A stretch of DNA of 64,000 bases, taken from Squalus acanthias (taxonomy: Eukaryota). This document shows, piece by piece, positions 52,220 through 63,718 of this stretch; within the stretch, counting starts at the first letter, position 1; the number at the start of each line of letters is the position of its first letter. The translations under genes were made by a program, and so were the position numbers. The stretch is taken from the NCBI GenBank assembly GCA_030390025.1, contig CM059453.1, positions 5,952,001 through 6,016,000 of the forward strand, given 5' to 3'. Under the pieces are notes generated by a model that did no database searches, was not told the DNA's origin, and worked only from the letters and a program-made list of their open reading frames with translations.

Positions 52220-53079
52220 CGGGCGGAAAAATTCAGTATCACCCCGTTTGGGGGCAATTATCGGCTATGCGCAAAGTTTAGCGCCTGGCGCTAATTATCG
52301 CCTCCGTAGGTGATTGGAGCGCTAAATCAGGCGCTACACTCATGTCTTAAGGCGCAAAGGTCGAGGAGCACTGGCGAAGCTCATGTGATATCAGTCAGCA
52401 ATGGAACACAGACACAATGGCGCTGGCCAGTTCTTAAAGGGGAGGGTTGATCTTGCTCTCCAACCACATCCTGCTCATTGCAGCCTGGAATCTCGGCCTG
52501 GAGAGACATGTGCATGAAATCTGCTGGAAAGAACAATGGAGAGAACTAGGGAAAGAGCTCAGAGTACAGCCCCCACAGTCTCTTGCAAATAGATGCAAGG
52601 AAGGGCAAATCAAAATGAACCTGCAAAGTGCTGTTCAGTACCCAAAACTCCTTCACACAGCGTTGAATCTCTCCAGAAGTCTCTTTCTTCTCTCTCTCTC
52701 TCTCTCTCAGAATGCGTGGTGCAGAAATGTCACCAACAAAAAAAGGCAGGAAGCTTTTGCCTTTAAATAGCGCTCCCCTAGACCCTAACTGACTGCAAAA
52801 CGCTCCCCTCAAACTGTCGTTGCTAGCGGCAGGTGGTAAGGCAGGGAGCGCCACTCAATATCCGCTCTGGGGCGCTACCGGGGCATTGCGCACTCGACTG
52901 AAGTCATGATCTGACAGCGCAGGACATCGTGGTGGTCGTGTTTAGCACCGCCGCAAAATGTCTGGTCAATTTCGCGAGAAGCACAGATATCGACGCGCCC
53001 AGGCGCTAGTTGCTTTTCGCCCCATTAACACCCTCTTAAGGCGCTAACAGGAGGCGCAAACCAACTGAATTTTTCCCCC
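52220..53079. mobile_element. Non-autonomous PIF/Harbinger element, right copy, inverted relative to the left copy
   Basis: Reverse complement of 46667-47556, with TAT TSD inside a CR1 tail. The outer 21 bp perfectly invert the left outer end. Confidence 0.8.
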
Positions 53080-53829
53080 TATGATTTTTGGCAAAACACT
53101 TATATCCATGTGTGTTCCAACGGCGTTTATATTTAAGATAAAAGCCTTAAGTCCATTTTAGACATCCCAGATCTAAGACGGAAATCTGTAAAATGTAGCA
53201 TAATATTAATCAATTGCAGCAAATTTACAGAGCTGGAATCTGAATGTAAATAGTTAAGTCATTTGGAAGAAAGGCTGTTTACCAGAGTGTCAAACGGCTT
53301 ACTGACAAGCAGTTGCTATTGCACAATGAATTAGCGTAGGCGATGAAACCACACGCCTACAGAATGCAGCGACCAAATAAGTGCAGTCACACATCTCCAA
53401 CATACATCTCGTATGAGCTGCCAAAAAGCTAAATATGTGTGAAATGTGAGTCAGAGGCGTGGGCAGATCCCTTTTGTCGCAGATTAGAAAACATTGTGCA
53501 CATAAATAACGTTTGGTGTGCGTGTGTGTGTTTGAGAGAGAGAGAGATGCTGTTTGTGTTTTAAATATTCTTTAGCAACGGTTTGATATACCATTAACAT
53601 TATATTCAGTAGCAGTCGATCACACACCGCTGGCCTACTTCAACGACGTTTCTGTATGTGTAACAAATGCTCGAAAGCATCGGTCGGTAGCCAATACCTC
53701 AGCTCCTCGGTAGTCTGATGTGATTAGTAATGAAATCCATATTGTAACTGGCAAGAAGAATGCAGGAACCGGTTCGGTCTTCATTGTGAAATCGGTCATT
53801 TGCGCGGTGAATTCGGCAAAAAGGTTCAA

Positions 53830-54865
53830 CCATCAGCAGTTGAGATTTTGTTTCTTTCATGACATTGAAAGGAGGTAAGTTTCTAATCTTTTATTTATCT
53901 CTGCAAGTGGTCAATTGTTGGGGAAGAATGGGGCAATCCCTAATAGACTTACATTTTTGGTTATTGAATTTAAAATCGTGAAATAGGAATTTCATAAATG
54001 TTTAACCCGTACATTATTGCGTTTTGTTGCCTATTCAAACAATATTTAATATAGGAAATTTCAATTTGCATTAATGAGTATTCTAAAGCACAATTAATAA
54101 CATTCATTCATATGTATTGAGTAATTCAAGGGAGAATCAATATTTATTTTGACCAATATTTTAATATTATACTCGTTCATGAGATGTGGGCATCGCTCGC
54201 AAGGCCAGCATTTAATGCCCATCCCTAATTAACCTTGCTAGGCCACTTCAGAATGCAGTTAAGAGTCAACCGCATTGCTGTGGGGCTGTAGTCACATCTA
54301 GGCCAGATTTTCTTCCCTAAAGGACATTAGTGAACCAGATGGGTTCTATACAACAATCCATTAGTTGCATGGTCAACATTACTGATACTGGATTTTTATT
54401 CCAGATTTATTTAATGATCTGAACTTAAATTCCCTCGTTGCAGTGTTGGGATTTGAACTCGTGTCTCCCGTTTTTTTCTCTCAGTTGTTTGTAGTGTTCA
54501 ATGCCCTGTGGTGATGCCAAAAGGTGGGTCGGCGGTAGCCGGTTCATGTGCAGAGATCCGGTGTACTTTTGATAATCGAGTCTTTCAGAGCATCTCTAGG
54601 GTGACGTGATTAAAGAGGGGACCTGGTTCTGCTAACCGCGGTTTCTCCATTATCTATGATTGTAAAGGTCCATACAGGCAGCGTTATCACTATCGTGGAA
54701 GAGCTGAGTTCAAGGGCAACATTGCAAAGAAACAATGTTCCCAACTGCTAACCGATATCAGGAAGAGTGATGAGGGTGCATACGAATTCATCATGGAGTT
54801 CTCTTCGGGCTGGTATACTCATAGACATCGCAATCAGCGGACTCACGTATTTCTTACTGTTTCAG
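53830..54865 (+). pseudogene. Pseudogenised leader + V-set exon (54485-54865), duplicate of the Siglec-like gene's 5' end
   Basis: Leader ATG->ATC; W->TGA at 54607-54609; same 381-nt length and splice sites as 56881-57261. Confidence 0.8.
54170..54470 (-). mobile_element. HE1-like shark SINE
   Basis: Minus-strand 3' tail gatgggcattaaatgctggccttgcgagcgatgcccacatctcatgaacga; B-box-like gagttcaaatccc. Confidence 0.55.
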
Positions 54866-56199
54866 GTGAGTTTTCCCTTTGTTCCTTTTGTAGATTTTCA
54901 GTGTTTCAGTATGAATCAATCTATGTGCAAAGTGGCAAAATGTTATAATATCCCTGGCCGGGTGGGAAACTTGCGCGAGGACTCAGCCCAGCATAAAACA
55001 CTCCGCCCGATGTTCATTCTCGTTGAATTCAATTAATAAATCAAATGACCACTGACTCTGGCTAAGTTGATTTTAAGATCCGGGCCTTTTGTCCCCAACT
55101 GGAATAATTAGTTCGGTCCTGAACCCACGTCAATTTCATTCCACTTGCTCCCGTTGAAATTGGGAGCAGAAATGGTTTAGAATTACTATGTATCCAGGAT
55201 TGTGCCAACACTAATCAGTCTTCGACCTGAAACGTTAACTCTGTTTCTCTCTCCACGGATGCTGACTGGCCTGCTGAATTTTTCCAGCGTTTTCTGTTGT
55301 TATTTCGGATTTCCAGCATCCGCAGTATATTGCTATTGTGTTTGTGCCCACACTGATCATGCTGCAGGACCTGTTGTTTCAATCACGTTCAGCTATGTAT
55401 ATTCCAGCGGTGTTTCCATTTTCGACAAAGAAATTAAAGTCCCTTTTACAGGTCCCAGACCTCATACCTAATTTGCAATAAAAGCACTGCAACAAATAGG
55501 GTGGATTTTCTGTTAAGTTCTGCAAAATTAGCGAGCTTGAGTGTGAATGTAAAGAGATAAATCAATTAGAAGAAAGGCTGTTTACCACAGCGTCAAACGG
55601 TTTACCGACAAACAGCTCCTATCTATGACGTCACAGATGTAAATTGGAGCGCTCATTGACGAAGGTGACGAAACCGCACGTCTGCTGACTGCAGCAAGCT
55701 AACTAACTGTAGTTTCACCTCTCCAACATTCATCTCGTATTAGCTGCCAGAAAGCGGAAGATGTGTGAAATGTGAGGCAGAGGCGTCTGCAAGCGTGGGC
55801 GGTGCCATTCTGGCACAGACGCCAATATATCACAATAACAAGTAACAGTACATTTTGTGTTTGTGTGTGTTTTTATGAGAGAGAGCGTGTGATGTTGTTT
55901 CTGTATGAAGCATTATTTAGCAAATGTTAGACATACTATAACATCATCTTCATTAACAGTCGGGTCACACGCAACCCATCTACAAGATGGGCTAGCTGCC
56001 GACCTCACCAACGGAGTTGATTGAGTGAGCACTGTTCCTGCGAATCGGTAAGACGTGAATCGGACTTCCCCGATAGTCTGATGCTCATTCGCAAAGAAAT
56101 CCAAGATGTGACTGGAAAGAAGAATGCAGAAATCTGAATGGTGTTAATTGTGAACTGGGTTCTTCATTTTGCTAATGAAATCGGCAGCAGTTTCCAGCC

Positions 56200-56242
56200 A
56201 TGAGGAGTTGTTTGTTGCTGCCTCTCATAATGTTGACAGAAG
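56200..56242 (+). CDS. Signal-peptide exon of the Siglec-like gene (MRSCLLLPLIMLTE)
   Basis: gccATG context, hydrophobic core, G|gtacat phase-1 donor. Confidence 0.7.
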
Positions 56243-56880
56243 GTACATTTCTGATGTATTTTTTTACAATGTCTACAACAATTGATTTCTATCTTGTGGG
56301 AAGCAACAGGAAAATACCGATTATGAATGTTTTTTGTTATTGATTTCAAAACTTGTGAAATAGGAATTTCATGATTGTTTAACACGTGCGTTGTTGCTGT
56401 TTTATAGCTTTTTAAAGCCTATTGACATAATCCTTAAATATAGGGCTTTTCAAATTATATATAATGAGTATTGTAATGCAGATTTAATAACATTTTCCTT
56501 CATATTTTTTGAGTGATTCCAAGTAGAATCAATAGATGTTTCATTTTTTTTGATCAATATTTTAATGTATATTTAATGAGAATTTTTATTGGGCATTCGC
56601 TTACTTGTTAGTGGATATGTATTCGGTTTTTAGATGAGTATTAAATATGTATATTACCGGTTCATAAATCTCCCATCAAATAGGCAGTCCTATGACCATT
56701 TCAACAGGTGTTGTGATTGGAATGTATATAGCATTTTTTCTTGAATTTGAAAAGTCCTTCACTTATATTTTAATTGCTATTGTGATTAGCGATTATTTGT
56801 CAATTAAAATATACATTAATCGATGTTTAAGATGTTGAAATGTATTTTGAATTAAAGTATGTCTAATTTATTTTTCTCAG

Positions 56881-57261
56881 TTGTTTGCAGTGCTCAATGC
56901 GCTGTGGTGATGCCAAAAGTTGTGTCGGCGGTGGCCGGTTCATGTGCAGAGATCCGGTGTACGTTTGATAATCTACTCTATAGGGATATCGCTGGTGTGA
57001 TGTGGTTAAAGAGGGAACCTGGTTCTGGTACCCCAGGTTACTCCATTATCTATGATTCTAAAGATCCATCCAGGCAGCATTATAACTATCGTGGAAGAGT
57101 TGAGTTCAAGGGCAACATTTCAAAGAAACAATGTACCTTCCTGCTGAAGGATATCAGGAAGAGTGATGAGGGTACATACGAATTCATCATGGAGTTCGCT
57201 TCGGCCTGGTATACGAATAGACGTCGCACTCAGCGTTCTCAAGTCTCTGTTTCAGTTTTAG
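56881..57261 (+). CDS. V-set domain exon of the Siglec/CD22/MAG-like receptor
   Basis: VVMPKVVSAVAGSCAEIRCTF..W..YRGRVEFKGNISKKQCTF..DEGTYEF. Siglec-type Cys pattern (two B-strand Cys, one E-strand Cys, no F-strand Cys). Confidence 0.85.
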
Positions 57262-57335
57262 GTGAGTTTTCCCTTTGTTCTTTTTAAAGCCTATTGACAT
57301 TATCCTTAAATATAGGGCTTTTCAAATTATATTTA

Positions 57336-57968
57336 AGGGGATTTGAGTACATGAGTAGGGAGGTTATGCTGCAGTTGTACAGGGCCTTGGTGAGGCCACA
57401 CCTGGAGTATTGTGCGCAGTTTTGGTCTCCTAACTTAAGGAAGGACATTCTTGCTATTGAGGGAGTGCAGCGAAGGTTCACTAGATTGAATCCTGGGATG
57501 GCCTGACTGACATATCAAGAAAGATTGGGTCGACTGAACTTGTATCCTCTGGAGTTCAGAAGAGGGGGGATCTTATAGAGACATTTAAAATCCTGACTGG
57601 TTTAGACAAATTAGATGCGGGCAGAATGTTCCCAATGTTAGGGAAAACTAGAACCAGGGGTCACAGTCTAAGGATTAAGGCGAAGCCATTTAAGACTGAG
57701 CTGAGGAGGAACTTCTTCACCCAGAGAGTGGTGAATCTGTGGAATTCTCTTCCACAGAAGGTTGTTGAGGCCAGTTCGCTAAATATATTCAAAAGGGAGT
57801 TAGATATAACACTCACAACTAGGGGGATCAAGGGGTATGACGAGAAAGCAGGAATGGGGTACTGAGGTAGCATGTTCAGCCATGAACGCATTGAATGGCG
57901 GTGCAGGCTCGAAGGACCGAATGGTCTACTCCTGTACCTATTTTCTATGTTTCTATGTTTCTATGTTC
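57336..57968 (+). mobile_element. Young 5'-truncated CR1 in intron 2
   Basis: [18 protein letters not shown]; tail (ctatgttt)x3. Absent from the paralogous intron after 54865. Confidence 0.88.
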
Positions 57969-58149
57969 CTTTTGTACATTTTCACTCCAGTGCTTCAGTA
58001 TGAATCAACCTATGTGCAAAGTGGACAAATATTATAATATCCCTGGCCGATCTCAAAGTGTAGTTGAACCATAGGGTGTGGGGATACTGATAAGGGACGC
58101 AGTGGTTCATATCCTAAACACAGAAGTATATACAAATTACAGCAGTAAA

Positions 58150-59350
58150 ACAAGCCGTTTGTCCTTCACATGAGCAACACTCCGAATCGCATGTGCCTGC
58201 TCCGTTCCCATATCCCTTTATTGCAATTCCCTTCTAATACCTTTCCATCCTATTCTGGAATGTTCACATGAGGATAGATTATGCAATGTTTTTAAGGTAC
58301 GTAAGACTGACAATGTTTCTCTACACCTGTAAATGAAATCAGCTGCTCATTACTTCCAGACCCGGGCAGTAAGTTCAAATTTTGCCTCAGTCTGATTCTA
58401 TCTTTGCTGCTCCGTGGCTTCATAATTTTAAGCACTTCTGTCAAATCATCCCAAAATCTATTTTAGCCTAAGATGATCTGGTCCTCTTTTTAAACGCCTT
58501 CTTGGTATTTGTACTTTCTCATACCAGCCTGAAACTACGCCAATCAGCGCTGTAGCCTTCCTATAGACTGGAGCCCAATACCCGCATTCTTACTCCAACT
58601 GTGAACTAACTACTGTTCTCTTTAGAATCTCCATCACAACTCGAATTTATATCACAGATCACTTGCCATTAAACCCAAATCTCCAGAAACATTTCAATTG
58701 CACTTTTCCAGTGGAAGTGCTGCTTTTACTGTCTTATGAAACTGATCCCAAGTTTTTCTGCTCTTCCACATCTCCCAGCTTCCTAAGGTTCAAATTAAAA
58801 TCTACCACCTCATAGTTTCTGACCTTGAATTATATCTGCCTCTTATGTTCCCATTCTACTGTATCTCCAGTATAAATTTGTAACTACTTTTAGATCTCTA
58901 GTTATTTCCTGGGATTTCTACTTCCAACTTTGTCATGGTTGTCAATCTGGCGATATTGGATGCGCCTCTCATTATACACACCGCACAATTTTCATTTTGA
59001 TGCAATCCAATTAATTCCTGCCGGGAAATGTTGACATCAATCTCTTTAGCGCTTTCTCCAAATTATTGATTCACACAGTGAGTAGAAGCAATCCCAAAGC
59101 ACAACCCTGTGGGACACCGTACTGGGATCCAACTATTCTGAGCAACTGCTCTTAACGGCGACACACTGCTTCGTCCCTTCTAATCAGTTTGTATTGCAAT
59201 TTCTTCCTCATCCTTATTTCCAAACCTCTTAATATCTTCTCCAATAATCTCCTGTGTTTACCGTCGGCAATGGCTGCCTGATTACGTTTCAAGTTACTTT
59301 TTGGTGAAGCTTTTTTGACGTCGCCAGAAGTTAAAATGCGTTGAAGGAAT
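58150..59350 (-). mobile_element. Old degenerate CR1-like LINE
   Basis: Minus-strand gtgtcccacagggttgtgct (GVPQG-like) and other RT remnants. Confidence 0.5.
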
Positions 59351-60022
59351 GTCGTCTTTCTTCGTGCCTTTCCCTATCCAGCGCTCATTTACCCCGCTTT
59401 TAATTAGATCTTAATGAAAAAGTAGATTTTTGAGTAACGTGAAAATCAGTTCAAGTTATAATTTATGTGTTCATTCTAATCCCACGTCAACCAATGCTAT
59501 TTCTGCTGAAGCCTTCTTCAGATGTACACGCGAGGAACCTGCTCTGCTTTTCCCACACAAGGTGGTGTTACCCGTCCTTTGTCTGGTCTGTCCATGTCTT
59601 GAGCATTGTCGTTCTATATTGACGTTTCTTGACAACAGAATCGAGATGTCTCTGGGTCAGCATTAATCACCATCACATAGGCAATTGCTGTTGCAGAACG
59701 AGGTATACGAGAGGATGAAATATTCGGGATATTTGAGCTGTTAACGTTAATTCTAAGTCCAGCGTGCAAAATTGGTTCACTGGTCTACAGCTATCATATC
59801 CATGATCTAAATAATTTAGGAGAAAAAACTACTAATGATTAATTACGTGGCACCATTTGGTAAACGAAGAGGCATAAAGCTACATTACAACTGCAAAGAG
59901 TAATTCAGAATGCTAAACACCCTTGCAACACACAGCAGACAAAAAGAAATAAAGTGTGATTTTCATTTTACGTCCTTCTCAGATTTAGTACCTAACACGT
60001 TGGTTTTCTCCCGTTTTAATAG

Positions 60023-60334
60023 AAACGCCACGTATTTCAGGTTATGGGGAATTGATCGCAGGACAAACTGCTCGACTGACCTGTTCCATCACGCACAACT
60101 GCCCGAATGGCAATCTGCAACTGAAGTGGTTTAAATACAATGTGTCCCTTCCTCTTCCATGGGATACTCAAAAAGGAGCAGTAATAATCAATGAACGTTC
60201 AGGTTCTCGGACAGTTTCATCCGTGCTGACCTTCACTCCATCATATGCTCATCACGGAAAAACTCTGGGATGCAGAATTATAAGTGATGACCTCCCAACT
60301 CCTTCTGAACAAACTCTTACCTTGGAGGTTAAAT
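60023..60334 (+). CDS. Siglec-like C2 domain 2 exon
   Basis: ETPRISGYGELIAGQTARLTCSITHNCPNGNLQLKW..SVLTFTPSYAHHGKTLGC; has the extra HxCP Cys typical of Siglec D2; phase 1-1. Confidence 0.85.
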
Positions 60335-60464
60335 GTAAGTGTCTGGTCTAAAGGAAACAGACTTAACCTGTCGGCCAACTGGCTCAAGATTTGTACTTTT
60401 ACCGCAATTAATTTATTAGGGGTTAGAACCGCATCAAAGAATGCATCAGGAAATGCTCAGCCCC

Positions 60465-61055
60465 TCTAACATCGCCCGTCTCCGCCCTTGCCTCAGCTCA
60501 TTCACTGCTGAATACCTCATCCCTGCCTTTGTTACCGTTAGACTTCGCTATTCCAACGCATTCCTGGCTTGCCTCCCACATTCTACCCTATGTAAACATG
60601 AGGTCATCCAAAACTCGGCTGCCCATCTCCCGTTCTCCAATCTCCCCTGTGCTCGCTGACCTACATTGGCACCCAGTTAAGCAAAACCTCGATTTGAAAA
60701 TTCTCATCTTTGTTTTCAAATCCCTCCATGGCCTCACAACCCCCCATAGATATCTGCACTCCTCTAATTATGCCCTCTTGAGCATCCCTGCTTTTAATCA
60801 CTCAGCCACTGGGGGCGTGCCATCTGTTGCCGAGGCTGTAAGCTCTGGAATTCCCTACCTAAACCTCTCTACCTCTATATCCTGCTTTAAGACGCTCCTT
60901 GAAACCTATCTCTTTGATCAAGATTTTGGTCATCTGCCCTAATTTCTCCTTATATGGCTCGGTGTCATTTTTTGTCTTATAATACGCCTGTGAAGCACCT
61001 TGTGACATTTTACTACGTTAAAGGAGCTATATAAATATAAATTGTTGTTGTTGTT
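60465..61055 (+). mobile_element. L2 LINE 3' fragment
   Basis: Same family as 43900-44827, with a (gtt)n tail. Confidence 0.8.
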
Positions 61056-61329
61056 TTACCAGGAGAGCTCACTTCGATAATCTATGGATTGGAATGGCTC
61101 TCATCTAATTCTCGTCAGTCAGATTGCATTAGGAACATTCATTTCCATGAATCAATGATGGTGCCTCCAAGAGATTTTTTTATGTGATTGTTAATCTTTA
61201 TTCTAAGTACGTTCAGTCAGGTTCATTGTTTAGTCAGTCATAAATGGTTACAACAAAGTCCATTCCGAGTTAGGATCTGAAGCTATGACAGCAGATCTCA
61301 GCTCTTGTTGGGCTTCTTAAGAAAATAAT

Positions 61330-61985
61330 AACTTAATAATTAGGAGCAGGAGTAGGCTATAGGATCCTTAGAACCTGCTCTGCCATTCAATAAGATCATG
61401 GCTGATTTTCGATCTCAACTCCAGTGTTCCGCCCGATCCCCATATTCCTTGACTCCCCTAGAGTCCAAAACTCTCTCTCTCTTTCAGCCTTGAATATATT
61501 CCAAGACTCAGCATCCACAGCCCTTTGGGGTGGAGAGAACCAAAGATTCACTACCCTCTGAGTGAAGAAATTCCTCCTCACTCAGTCTTAAATAGTTGGC
61601 ACTTATCCTGAAACTATGCCCCCTAGTTTTAGTCTCTCCATCCAGGGTAAAGAGCCTTTCAGCAGCTCCCCTATCAATTCCCTCAGAATCGTATATGTTG
61701 CTATGAGATCATCTCTCATTCATCTGAACTCCAGAGTATAGGTACAATCGAATCAATCTCTCATCATAGGACAACCCTCTCAACCCTGGGATCATGCTAG
61801 TGAACCTTTGTTGCACCGGCTCTAAGGCAGGTATGTAATTTCTCAGATCATGTGATCTAAAGTGTGCCCAATACTCAAGGCGTGGTCTCACCAAAGCATT
61901 GTACATTTGTAGTAAGACTTCCTTACTTTTGTACTCCAAACCCCATGCAATAAAGGCGAACATAGCATTTGCTTTCCAAATTGGC
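61330..61985 (-). mobile_element. 5'-truncated CR1
   Basis: FAFIAWGLEYKSKEV; RRNFFTQRVVNLW. Confidence 0.8.
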
Positions 61986-62210
61986 CTGAATGAGGCACCA
62001 CTGTCAAATTACGTCCGCCACCAAGCAGACAAAACGGGAGGAGAGGGTAATTGTTCGAAGTAAATATGTTCTAGTTGTAACTTTGAACTCCGGGACAGGA
62101 ACAATTAGAAGTTTGCAATTCATATACGACGGCTTACACAATATAATTAATTACTTAGGTGCTAAATTATGTTTATTCAGCAATCCCGTTTTAATTAATG
62201 CTTGTTTCAG

Positions 62211-62468
62211 ATGGACTGGAAATCCCAACCGTCAACTCCTCTATAGTAGCTGTGGAAGGAAGTTCATTATTATTATACTGCACGGCCTGGTGGAAACCTC
62301 CGTTCAGTTTAAGATGGGTGAACAATGGTGAAGAGATCAGCAGGTCTGCCACTGGTGAACTAAAGCATATATTGCACAACATTAGTTCCAAGGATGACGG
62401 TGTATATTGGTGCGTAGCTGAAAATGCCCTGCGCACCGCAAACCGCTCCACTCTGATGTCTGTACAAT
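62211..62468 (+). CDS. Siglec-like Ig domain 3 exon
   Basis: EGSSLLLYC..W..DDGVYWCVAEN; tttcag| and T|gtaagt. Confidence 0.85.
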
Positions 62469-63430
62469 GTAAGTATGTATTAATTTATCAATTCGACAGT
62501 AGACTTTCAATTCTCGAACACTGGATTAAATTCCAGTTTTCTCTTACCTGCTTGATTGAAGGCGCCGATATCAATGAGTTTGGGATAGTGTCAGCCCTTC
62601 CTGCGGAAATAGCGCAAAACAACCTCGATGGCTCCAATAATGGAAACTGACTTTGCCATCTCGCCAAGGTTGCGACAGGAGCACGAATTTACTGAGACAT
62701 TTACTCTAAATCTAATTGTTCATAAATAATATTGGTAGTCTGAGGCAAATAATTTTCCAATCCTTAGAACTGACATGCATGAAATTGATGAGTACAAATT
62801 CTTCGAAAATTTTCCAGTACTTTGTGGTAACCCAACTACTGTTACTTGTGTTAATGTTGAGCTCAGAATGTAATATTCAGAGACTCGGTCCTTTGAAATG
62901 TCGACATGTTAGTTGGTTATCTATAGAAAGAACACTTCAAAGTCCACTACTAGGGAAAATGTTTAAAAGAGTGCACCGCTTGAAGAAATTTAATTTGATT
63001 GATCTTTTAAAATACAGACTTCTGAGACACGTGTCTGGATATAGTATACATAATTAACACTCTGAGCTTCCTCCGTCCGAGGAACCCCCAGAATATCTGT
63101 CAGGAAAATTATGATTGGACTGAGCACTCATTCTATTCAATACGAAGTTGTACCAAACGGCCTAATCTGCTATACATGAAAATGTCTGCTGCCTGGCCTG
63201 CTGAGTTTTTCCAGCGTTTTCTGTTGTTATTTCGGATTTCCAGCATCCGCAGTATTTTGCTATCGTATACATGAAAATGTAATAAGCCATCAATTAGTGC
63301 AAAATAATTGTTACATATAAAATAAAACATGCCAGAGCCATTATGGTTAGTTCAACAACTGACATCATTGTATTTGGCCACTTCAACTGTTTGATATATT
63401 CTTTTCATACTGAAGTCTCTCTTTCTTTAG

Positions 63431-63718
63431 ATAAAGCCACAATTTTAGCAGGCCCGACATGCACCAGCTCTGAAAATTGGACGAATTGTACCTGCCGGAT
63501 CAGAGCCAATCCACCGGGCAACATCACATGGGGCCTCAATGGGAGTATTATAACTGGGAACAGGTCAGATGTGGAAGTCATCTCCTGGGTGGGGAATAAT
63601 CACCACATGGAGAGCTCCCTGAGACTAACTCATCCAACTGGAACCGGAAACCTGATCTCATGTGTTGCAGCAAACGAGCACGGTGATTCTGTCAGCAAAT
63701 ACCAGCTCCACCCTAAGG
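63431..63718 (+). CDS. Siglec/MAG-like membrane-proximal Ig domain exon; gene continues past the window
   Basis: PTCTSSENWTNCTCRIRANPPGNITW..ISCVAANEHG (C..CxC pattern of MAG-type domains); phase 1-1. Confidence 0.82.

Noticed and set aside
46667-53079. Claim that the 6.4-kb unit arrived here by cut-and-paste using the outer TIRs
   Set aside because: The flanks are ATA and TAT (inverted, not a direct TSD), and CR1 tail sequence continues outside the TIRs.
54485-57261. Rearranging Ig/TCR V segments
   Set aside because: No heptamer-nonamer RSS seen. The exons include the G strand, end in splice donors, and have Siglec-type cysteines.
915-62000. Many RT-like short ORFs as host genes
   Set aside because: All are fragments of CR1/L2 ORF2 or their antisense frames.
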